From NCBI RefSeq assembly GCF_963853765.1, contig NC_088860.1:48298001-48362000 (forward strand): a stretch of DNA of 64,000 nt, given 5' to 3'. A program made the translations under genes and the position numbers. The notes under the pieces were generated by a model, which saw only the letters and a list, made by a program, of their open reading frames with translations, made no database searches and was not told where the DNA came from. Below are positions 38,186 to 49,400 of the stretch, one piece after another; the first letter of the stretch is position 1; each line of letters begins with the position of its first letter. Origin of the DNA: Magallana gigas. Lineage: Eukaryota.

Positions 38186-39441
38186 GTGTTTATACTTGAT
38201 TATTCTCTGTTTCACCAACACCACCACACTGGGTCTGTCTGGGGCAAAGTGACTGTATCATGTCTGACAGAAACCAATCTGTGCCACTTATTGTTCTCTG
38301 GTTGTAAAGAGACACTGAATGCCAGCCAACAACACTGATTTAGGGCTTTCCTCTTATAGAGAGAGAGGGGCCTACTTAACAATACAGTCGGAAGTTTCTT
38401 CACATTTGAACATGCTGAGAGAGCTAAGATATCTTGATGCACTTTAAAAAAGACAATAGTCCTACAGACTCACCCCTGAACCCCCACCCCAAAATCCTCA
38501 TGGATGTTTTTTCTCCCAAACAAGTTGGAGATGAATAATTTGTATTATAATGATTTTTTTTTATGAGATTTTAATACAGAGAAATACCAGACAAGAAAGG
38601 GGAGGGGGTTGTAAAGGTGTTCATTTAATTGTCCTACAGGAATCAGCACCCAACCACTGCTGAAGTCGGATTTGATGAATTCTGTGGATGTTATTGGTGT
38701 ATGATAAGGATAAAACTGAGAGCTTGAACGTTGATAATGTGCATACCACAAATAATTTTGGTCCAAGTCATGCATGATTCTCCTGATGCTGAAGATGCTG
38801 GTATTTTGTTTTCATTTTTGTGGAAGGGGGGGAGGGGCACAACCTTGTTTTTCATGTGAATTATGTTTTCATTGCACCGTTCATGTTGTAGAGTCTTAAG
38901 AGATAAACACGCAAGAAGATGCTATCAGGCAGAAAACTTAGAGACATCTTAACATAGAGTACATTATGATTGTTAAATACTTGTGGAGCAGACTGTGTAA
39001 ATTATTCCAGTGACATTTTGTAAGGAATTAATGAGTTTAAATGGGGAGCCATTCATCTTGATAGAAAATTACCAGCCCTCTAATACGAAGTTCACTCCTG
39101 TGTCTTTACAATGGTTACAAGGTCATTAGGGGGACATAACTGCTAGTCTGCTACAACCTGATCTCGTTGGATCCCTGCGAATTGTGAAATTAATTGGGGT
39201 AGTGGATGATTGTTTCTATGGATTATTGTCCAAAGTGATTGCTTTGTGGTGATGTCATTTTGTTCTGTAGATATTAGTTCCAGATGAGACCAAACTGTGT
39301 TACAATTTTTGTGAATGACCTAAACAAAAAGATTTGTAGAGTCAGCAAGTGACTGAAAGACACTTGAAGTCTCTATATACAGCTGACCTCAGCATGTTTG
39401 ATGACCTGGGCAGACTGCTGTTGGATATGAGGTCACAGTGA

Positions 39442-39542
39442 TTCAGTACTTCTGAGCTGACCGTGTTTCAGTACTTCTGTGTTTCAGTACTTTTGAGCTG
39501 ACCGTGTTTTAGTACTTCTGAGCTGACCGTGTTTTAATACTT
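39442..39542. repeat. ~25-bp tandem repeat (CAGTACTTCTGAGCTGACCGTGTTT, 3-4 units)
   Basis: Read directly; ends ~30 bp upstream of the 39573 candidate exon. Confidence 0.8.
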
Positions 39543-39572
39543 GTCTAGTTCGCATCACTTCACTTCACCCAG

Positions 39573-39601
39573 ATGGCGTGCAGATCAAGTTCATATATCG
39601 A
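39573..39601 (+). CDS. TSC22D1: Candidate mini first coding exon (MACRSSSYID)
   Basis: Pyrimidine-rich CACTTCACTTCACCCAG|ATGG start; ends ATC GA|GTAAGT, phase 2. Confidence 0.4.
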
Positions 39602-41891
39602 GTAAGTTGGCCTGATTTTAGCAGAGTTGCAGCCCTTTGGACTTTGATATTTTTTGCTCTATTTTCATCTCCCTTTGGTGTTAGGTCTATTGAACTGCTT
39701 ACTGTTGTTGTAATATTCATGATGGTGTTTACCCCCCCCCCCCCCCCCTGCAGCTCATGAAAATACCAGGCTAGCTGGGCCTAAATTATGATATAATCAC
39801 ATTGAAGGGGTAAATTAACAGTATTAGATACTCCCTTAGACTAGTCCTTGTGTGCACAAATTTTATTAATATAATTAATGCAGTTCTAATTCAAGCATAA
39901 TGACCCATGCTGAGATGTGATTGGCTGTAGATATAAACATTTAGGCAGTGTTTGACAGGGACCTACATTGTTCTACAGATACCCGCATCACAGAAAATCT
40001 GTCTCATTCAGACACCTCCGTTTTTAAATTGAAAACTGAAGGCGTCACTCAAAGATCAAAGATTGCTGACCCCCATCCATCCCCTTAAAAATATGTACCC
40101 CTACTCTCCATCTCAGGTCTGAAAACCATTCAGATTTCAGAGCTTCCTTATATTTTGTACAGTTAATGCAACACTAAAAGATCAGTAACCCCTCAATGCC
40201 CCCCCCCCCCACTCCACCCCACCCCACCCCTTCCCTTTCCTGTCAGTTTTGGATATTCAAGTTACAGCTGGAGTTTGAATCTAAAATATTTCCAAAAGTG
40301 CAAAAGATCCCTAGTTTTTCCTAAATGCTATGACTATCCCAAGCCAAAATCCATAAGGTAATTGAAGCATAACATTACACTGTAGTATTTTAATTTTATG
40401 CTAGTACTGAGAATTGATTTGATGTATTGATTTTGTTAAGATTAACCTCATTTTACTTGGCAATGAGCTTAACTATTATTATTAACCAAAGTATGATGTT
40501 TTATTTTTAAAAACCTCAAAAACTTGTAGATCTGCATCTTCACTAGCCATTACCAAAACAGAAAGCAACATAATTTTTTTTTACTGGAAATAAAGAAATG
40601 AATACTAATTGTTTTTAGTTAATTAAGAGAGAGAGAGTGAGTGAGAGGGCTGATAATGCTTATAGTGCACATAATGCATTATAGAGACAGCATATCAATC
40701 CTTACAATTCGCCAATCAAATTCTTGAGGACTTTAATTCAGTTGCGCAATGATCTTTACATTTGAATTATGGGATATATTATATACAGCGCTGGGTAGGC
40801 TCCCAGTGTTCCACTAGAACCTGTTTTCTCCAGTTGGACCAAGTAACTACACATACACATATTGTGTAATCAACAGGGTTTTACCCAACACAAAATACTT
40901 TATCATATATAATATCATTGCTACCTCATTAAACTTTTCCTACAATGTTTGTAATGACCTAGATTTGGGGGGAAAAGATTGTGTATTCATTGTGAAGTAG
41001 TACTACGCTGTCTGACCGAGTTTCACGATGCGTTCATGGCAGGCTCAGCAGACATGTGCCTTTAATAGCTATTTTTAAATCGATCTTGTCAGAGTGACTG
41101 AAAAGTGTTCATGCATGTTTCACCTGAGGGAGAGAATAATATCAGTAGTACTCTAGCATAATCATGAGTGGGGCTGTCAAATGGACGATTTGATTAACAC
41201 GTGTGTGTCTGCAGAACCAAGAGAGAATATAAACCACCATCCTATTGGACGATATTGATGGAAGTTTTGGTGGCTATGCTGCTGCTGAGAGGAAAAATTA
41301 AGTTTGTTGGCACTCTTGTGTTTTTTGTGTGAGGATTTGACATTTAAAGGCTCGTACAAATTAAGGAGAAATTGATGCAAATGAAGATATCATAGCTGAG
41401 GTCCGTGAAATTCATTCCATGTGACCTATATGTATAAAAAAAGAAGAAAAAGATTTGTTTGCCTTGTCGTGATGAGAAATAATTTATACATAGAGCTCTG
41501 TGCACAGTAGCATCGGGAGCCTTGGAGTGGAGAGGGACCGTCCTCTGTATAGGTAAATAGATCAGAAGGCCACCTTATCTGTAGATCATAATCGCTCTCA
41601 CAGTGATAGCAGTTTTGTGAATTAACATTCAAGTTGCACGGACATTACGCAACTGTTTACTAGGACCGCTGCCACATGGGTGAGTGCCAGTGTGCAATCT
41701 TGACAAGGAGTCAATGATTATTGGGGCCAGGTGAGACATGATTAGGGAGTTCTTTCTTCTCACCACTTAATCCAGCTACTTTCCATACCTGCCTGGAATT
41801 TAATACAATTATCAGCTGATTAGTGAGATATTTTTCCCCACTGTGAGGCGATTGACACCTACATAAGTACTTGCTCCCTCTCTGGTGTGAC

Positions 41892-42649
41892 ATGAGCAAG
41901 GTGTCTGGGTGCACAATGGTTGAAAAGCCTGATCGCGGTGACAGGGATTCCAGTAACAAGCTCGTTGACAGCAGTTCCAAGCAGCCATCACCACCTGTAC
42001 CATTGGCGGGGACTGGAGCCACCAACACTGCCCCCACTCAGGTCCAGAGTCCACACAGGACTGGCAAAGTACGACCCTGGGAGGGAGTCCCCATCACTCA
42101 GTCAGTCCAAAGTCCACAGCACCAGGCTTTACCCTGGGAGACCGCATCTGTCCCCCCGTCAGTTGTACCATACAACCCAAGTGGTTGGACCAGTGAACCA
42201 AACTCTCCCCCTTCAAAGCGACCCAGCTACTTGCCAGCATACAATAAGAGAGACTCAAGCTCGGTGTTTGAGAGTGAGTCCGACTCGGAGCTTTCCTCCA
42301 TGGAGGGTCCCAGCAGTTACTTTAGCTTCGGCAAAAACCTGCAGCGTTCACAGTCAAACATTTCAGAGCGGTCGTACTCATATATACAGGATCAGGCAGT
42401 GAGCACGCCCATGTCAATGTACGGTTCAGTGGAGCAGCTGTACTCGGGGGGATACCCCTACTCCAGCCTGGCCTCCCCCCTGTGTAACAGTACCTCCTCT
42501 ATCCCCTCCAGCGTGGCCAGCATGGATATCTACTATCCACCTTACTCTTTATCCTCTGGGTATCCGGTCTCCTCGGCTGGATACAGCCCGATGTGTCAGA
42601 ACATATACCACCCCTACTGGATGTGCTACAGCTGCAGGAAGCCCAAGAT
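41892..42649 (+). CDS. TSC22D1: Alternative first coding exon of the TSC22 gene (Ser/Pro/Tyr-rich, 252 codons)
   Basis: First ATG at 41892 (the ORF-track start at 41871 is TTG). GC-rich open frame in an AT-rich intron. Ends AAG AT|GTAAGT, phase 2, in frame with exon 61314. Confidence 0.75.
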
Positions 42650-45380
42650 GTAAGTAAATGTCGACAATAAAAAACCTGCTAATTCTTATAGTTAATTTAT
42701 TAATTAACTGTGATGTATAGTTCTACCGTAATGAATCTGTCATCATTTGGTCTTGATGTAAACATATGCAGAGTGGCTTATTTTTTGATGTAATGCAAAT
42801 ATTACAAACGACAGGTAAAGTGCATTGTCTCTCCTTTTTCCCTTTAAAGAGGAGAATATGACAAATGATATTGCACTGTTTTTCAGTTTCTGTGGCCTTT
42901 GTTGGTTTTATTCATGTTTCTGTGAAATAGTTGTTTGCTACATGCATTGTGTTTGTGCATCATTGCACGGGTTATAGTGACGAAGATTTCCATTGACTGG
43001 TCGTGTATTGAATGAATTTCTAGAGCTATAAACTACAGCGTAGTTTTCCATTATCCCTTTAACAGATAATCAGATTGAAATATTGGGGCAGGTTTTCAAA
43101 AAAAACCACCCAGATGTTGATAGGTGATAGATATGGCCCATTGAGATTTCCTGTAGGGCCACTGCTGGGTACATGTAACAGATAATAAACATGCGTAGTA
43201 GTACAACTGACCCAGATACTGTTTATTCCACAGATAATTAGGTTACCACGTAGCTATGTGCATGTAGAATCACAATGACCTTCAGCATCGGTTGTTATTG
43301 TTGAATCTTGTCTTGAACCTGAGTGTTCAGGGCATGGACAGATTCAATCTGTCAGGAGAACATTCACTCCAAGACTCCTTCCTGTTAATGAGTGGATTGA
43401 AGAACAAGGATCAATAATTTAAATTTCAAATTAAAAATTGAAAAAAAAACCCTGCGAAAAATAAATAATTTGAAACAGAAATTGAATAAGAAAACTTAAG
43501 AGCCACCCTGTACCGAGCCTCTTTAGTATTTTGACCTATAAGGCATCATTATTCATGACTTCATGTGGTGTAGATGTATACAAGAAAATACCCCTGGGAT
43601 GAAATGGACAGTGACCAGGGCCCATCCTCTGTAGTCAGTTAAATGCAGGTCCTCAGAGCTGAGGGTGGTCATAGCTTAAATGTCGCCATTATGTCGGGTT
43701 CTAGCTGTCAGACTTTAGGGAGGAGGGTGTTACTTATTCTACAATACATGCAGTGGACAACGAAAATAAGGTCTCCTATACGGTATAAGTACTGTTAAGA
43801 GTTCACTGACCATTACTATTGCAAGTGCAGGATAAGTCAAAGAAAGATAACTCTTGATCACCTTTATTTTCTGCTATTTCTGAGTTGCTGCTCTTTTTTT
43901 TCACAGCAATGCTAAATTATTTTTCCCTCTGATTTTCAAACAACCAAAAAAATTATGGAAAGAATATCCAAGTCTATCTTTAAGTGATATAGCTTTCCTT
44001 GAGGTCTTCCATTTGATGGATTATGAGATTGGGAGGAGTGATGAAATTGTCCTGGTTAACCCTGTATGTACTAGAACTTGATCTGTGTTATGCATGCAGG
44101 ACTGACTTAAGATAACCTAGTTAGGGAGACCAGGCTCGTACCTGATGATGTACTACCCAGGTGTTCTAATCACTCACTCAGCAGTGGGTGAACAGCTTAT
44201 GTACATAATGCACAGACTTATGTTGCATTTCATAAAATATATACATAGCTATATGGATATTATGATGCAATCTTGCTTCATTTGATCATTCAATGTCAAT
44301 TCATAGTGATACATTACACTATGGCCCTAAGCTGTAGGGCTTTCAGGGTATCAAACCAAGTTTCATGTTTTCATAATGTTAAGTATTAAACTACACAATG
44401 TACAAAACAATGTACAAAACAGAGGTAATATCATAAAACAAACATAAAACAATGAATGTTCTCTCTGTCCTCTAAAAATTGCATCATGAAAACTGAAAAC
44501 ATCAATGTTTCAATGTGTCTTATATCATGCAATGTTGAAGCTAAAAAATCAAACAAAATTGACATAATGTATATTGATAAAATCAGCAATTTTATAAGCT
44601 GTCATTGACAATTTTTTTTTTTAAACACTAAACCCATCAAAGGTAGACCAACTTGCTGCATATTTAACTGCCTCCAATATGGAGTAAATGGAATCACATT
44701 ATACACAGTTACAAGACATGAAAAAATAAGGGCCTACACCATGTAAATGTAGGATACTTTTTGTAAAAATGTTTACGTTAATTCAAAGCAATGATATTAC
44801 AAGGCTTTTGAAGTTCAATTTTGTATAAAATAGTGACAGATTAATAATGGTTTCAACACTTTTCCTCTGTGTTTCTACGTCAGATAGTTGATATAGAAAT
44901 AAGTTATTGTACAAAACAATTAGTATCAAAATCAGTTTATTAGGTTTCTATGACGTCACAAGATCATTTCATGTCTTTAATGGCCCAATATCAGCTCTTT
45001 TCTGTCGTTATCTGTGTAGAGTCCCCTGCATCAACCAACATAAAATCGATACACTTTATTACAGCTGTATAAGCTTTTACATTGGTGATGAAGGGTGAAA
45101 CTTGTAGTCAATGCACGAAGCCATTGTTTTCCAGTCAAAATATAGCTTATTCCCACTTATAAGACATTCTGAAATTCTTAATAATTCCCTTGTTGCCAAC
45201 ATTTTTATTTCACACCTGATGATGTTTGTTTACCATGCAGACTTAGTCTGTTCTTGTAACTAGTGCACATACTTGTAATGGCTGAAAGTATTGAAACTGA
45301 ATATCAGCTGATTGTAAAATTGAATGGAGTATTTTAATTTTGAATGAACTCATTTATTCATATCTATGTTCAATGATTTT

Positions 45381-45620
45381 GAGAGAAATCAAGAGATGTC
45401 CTAACTTCAGGAGTTGTAGGGAGAGAGATGTCCTAACTTCAGGAGTTGTAGGGAGAGAGATGTCCTAACTTCAGGAGTTGTAGTGAGAGAGATGATGATA
45501 GAGAAATCAAGAGATGTCCTAACTTCAGGAGTTGTAGGGAGAGAGATGATGATAGAGAAATCAAGGGATGTCCTATCTTCAGGAGTTGTAGGGAGAGAGA
45601 TGATGATAGAGAAATCAAAA
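45381..45620. repeat. 32-bp tandem repeat (AGAGATGTCCTAACTTCAGGAGTTGTAGGGAG, 5 units, some with spacer)
   Basis: Starts at 45392, 45424 and 45456, then two longer variants. Confidence 0.85.
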
Positions 45621-45785
45621 AAATAGTTTTGTAAAGATGCTTTAAATCAGTAAGTGTTCATACTGTGATGGCAGCAATCGCGATCACTGAGTAGGAGAGA
45701 GTGTCTTATGTAAGAGTAGAAGTCAGCAGATTTCCTGCAAAACTTTTAGATATCATTGTGTTATTTGGGACATGAACTATCATAG

Positions 45786-46436
45786 AAATAGTGCCTGTTT
45801 GGGAGGGTAACAGTTGAAATTGACACCCCGAGAAAACCATTGTCAACGGATGTGAAGCAGAGGTTGACAATGGTTTTCAAGGGGTGTCAATTTCATCTGT
45901 TACCCTTACCAAACAGCGAGGCACTATTTATTTTTTGTTATACTTTCATGTTAAATACTGAAATCTGATTGGTTTAGACACAGTTGATAATCCGTTCTAT
46001 TACCCTCAGCATTAGCAACACACTTGACAACGGGTAACACAACGAATTGTTACATGCGCGTAAATTATGCACGTACGGTTCGGCATAGAATTTAAGCCAT
46101 TTCTACATAAAAGCAGCTATGTTTTCTTTAGAATTAAGACTTTCAGTATAATAAAATAAATACTGCCTGTTTGGAAGGGTTACAGTTGAAATTGACATCC
46201 CGGGAGAACCGTTGTCAACCAAAGCGAAGCAGAGTTGAAAATGACATCCCGAGAATCGAGGGGTGTCAAAAAGACTTGAATTCTACGCCGAATCGTATGC
46301 GCATAATTTACGCGCATGTAGCAATTTGTTGTGTTACCTGTTGTCAAGTGTGTTGCTAACGCTGAGGGTAATAGAACGGAGTATCAACTGTGTCTAAGCC
46401 AATCAGATTTCAGTGTTTAACATGAAAGTATAATAA
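45786..46436. mobile_element. Rearranged, diverged copies of the same palindrome-ended family as 14724-15460
   Basis: Palindrome at 45786-45930, TTGTTATACT at 45935, core GTAACA-caacgaat-TGTTAC at 46034-46053, second partial palindrome from ~46157, second core GTAGCA-atttgttg-TGTTAC at 46318-46337, end AGTATAATAA at ~46436. Confidence 0.75.
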
Positions 46437-49400
46437 TATTTATTAGTAAAGGAAAAATAGAAATATTTGAACTTGAGAACTTGAGAACTTTTCTATTTTA
46501 TGTTCAATATACAGAACTCTTCATCTTGAGAAGTTAAGATAGGAATAAAAATGATCCCAGCCACTCAAACCCATGAATGGAAACCAGGGCAATTTATCAG
46601 TAACTGTTTCAGTCATCAAACTTGGCCATTTCAATTTTCATATTTTGAAAATTAAACTGCAACAGTTGGAAATAGTTAAACAGCCATCTGAAATGCATAG
46701 GTTCACTTTTATCTTCAACGTTATTTAAGCCCTGAATGAATAAGAATTCTGAGGACAGAGACAAGGCAGGGTTTCTGAGAGAGGAGGACCCTGAATGCTA
46801 TCTGTAAAGAAGGATAACTCTTGTGTTCCTGTTCTCAACAAACTTCTCTACTCTGAGATTTTCAAGGGGGTTTTCTTTATTTTGGAATTTGGAAAAAGGG
46901 AATGGGGAGGGAGCATTAACATTGATAATAAAAAAAAAGGGGGTATTGTGCAATACAAATAAAATTCTAATGTATAAATAATGATTGAAATCAATGTTGT
47001 TAAGAAAATAAAAAGAAATATTTAAAATAATTTTTTTTTTCTAAACGATCCTAATCAATTAATAACTTAATTTTGACCAACATTTAATCACATCTTATTT
47101 TATTAGGAAAAGGGGGTGTTGATTAAACTTATTTTGTTTGTTTGTTTTTAATCTTGCATGTTCGTAAGCAAATTGTGCACAGAATGAAAGGTAGATAACT
47201 CATGCTTCCTTGTTAGTTATGAAGTAGGACAACCCTTTCGGTACTTCACAGTTTGCTGCAACGCAGAAGTTAAATTAAAAAATTTAAAGAAATCTAATTT
47301 TATAACAGTATGTACATGTACCTGCATTAAATGAAACAGGAAGTTAATCGGGTATTTCCAGTTGAAGCAAGTTACAAGGAAATACGTGATTGGCTTTTAT
47401 ATAAAGCCGAGTCTAAAATTGATTTTTGGAAACACGATTTGGTGAGATTGAGGCAGTGACTGTTGACTTCCAATTAAGGGCTGTAATGAGGTGTGTTCAT
47501 TAGATGTTGTGTGAACTTGGGTTCTGTGTTATGTTTTTTTTATCTATATAGAATTGTAGTCTACAATTTCAATGTCAGTAAATTTCCATCATCAGCCTGG
47601 AAAAAGTGTGCCAAGGTAGGAACAAATTTTACGCAAGTAATCAGGTCAATTTATTTCTGTGTACAGGTGTATTTATTATGGTGTTAACCTGTGTAATTTA
47701 TGGGTGGTGTCACATCCAACCAAAAAATGCTGAGACATTTTTCCAAGTTACAGGTGAACGTTGTCATACAGGTACCCTATGGTAATGATGTGCATACAGA
47801 TTGAGAGGACCTCGTCAGGTGCTTGCTGTTTGGGCACTGAGTGTGAGAGATTTTAGGCGATGTCCATTTATGATAAGCCAGGCCTTGAGATGCACTCTTC
47901 CTTGAATGCACAATAACGCAGTTACAATCTTTGTTATGATGCATAAACATCTACATGTGGTTGTACCGAGTCACTTCAACGGGAAAACAGTGTGCAGATC
48001 ATGCTGTTCATTAAGGAAGGCGCTGCAGTGATAATGCACCTCAGTCAAGACAATTTTTTCTCTGCATTTGTAATTTGTTTACACTCAAATACTCAGAGGC
48101 GCCCATCATTAAACCCTCTAGTATTACTCTTTTCAGCCAAGTTTTTTTTAGTCGGGCGGTGAGCTCATGCCTATTATTCAATTAAAATTAGCAAGCAAGT
48201 AAAATGGGGGAATATTTAACCCTAGAATGAGAAGGTGGAAACCCCCCCCCCCACTGAATCCATTATTTCCCTTTTCTCAGCCACAGTGTAAGTTATGTAA
48301 CCTGTCTCCTCTGTATAATGTATCTGTCAAAACAAAGTGTCACTCTATTTATTTAATGCAAGCTAAATTGCTATACAACACCTGAAAAGCAATAAATTAC
48401 TCTCTTATGCATTAATTTGAATATATATTTTTTATAAAAGTGGATGAAATATTATATTTAAAAGAAGTTGAATTATTGCGTGCTAATTCTGTCTGAAAGG
48501 ACACGTGGCTGCTCTGTGTGTACACGTATATATGCAGCTAACTTTATCATAGGAAAAGAAAACTTAAGAGTGCACTTTTCTACATCAATAGATGCACTGT
48601 TGAGTGGTTAAGGGTGCTTGCTTTGATCCCATCATCACTTATAACTTTTACTATTGAGGTAATAAATGATGCAATCGGCCAGTCATCCCACTCTATGTAT
48701 AGGGTGTTAATATTGTTAGTCTAAGAAGACGACTCCTGCATATTTGACATTCATTTATGCACACATTCTTTACACTTCTCTCAATCTTGAGGTAAACAGA
48801 TCTTTATCTTGCCGGCTGGCCATTTGATTGTTACCTGTGTGTTACCTGTATGGTCCCCGTTGGAGGTAGATTTGTCGAATTCCGTGTGATGTCTTGTTGT
48901 GATTGATACGTGCATTGACGTCAAACGATCTGAAATTTATTATCACCCAACCACTTGGTTTTAACGCCTGTTATTTTCACCTTTGTTATTATTCAGAAGT
49001 TTTAAATGATGCAACTTATTTTCATGATTATTGAAACATATAGATCTGTATATTAATTTTTTTACTCCCACTTTAAATCCTCCATCAAAATATGATCAGA
49101 ATTAGTGGGTTTTTTCCTTATATAGAGATTTAAGGCTAACGAGAGAACACCTGAGTCAGGTGTGAAGAATTGTTGATCACCTATGCACTGTTGTTAACAT
49201 TTTTGTGCAGGTGGTGACGGTGGGTTGAGGGTGCCACAGGGTGGTACCTTGGAAGCTTTGTCTCGAAACGAATCGCTGTTAAACATAATTTATCGTCTCA
49301 TAGTTTGAAAACAAGTCTATAGAAAAAAGTTTATAGTGAAAGTTTTTATTGGGTTGTAAAATTGCGTTAAGCTTTAATGGTTAATTGTAACAGCATTTCA

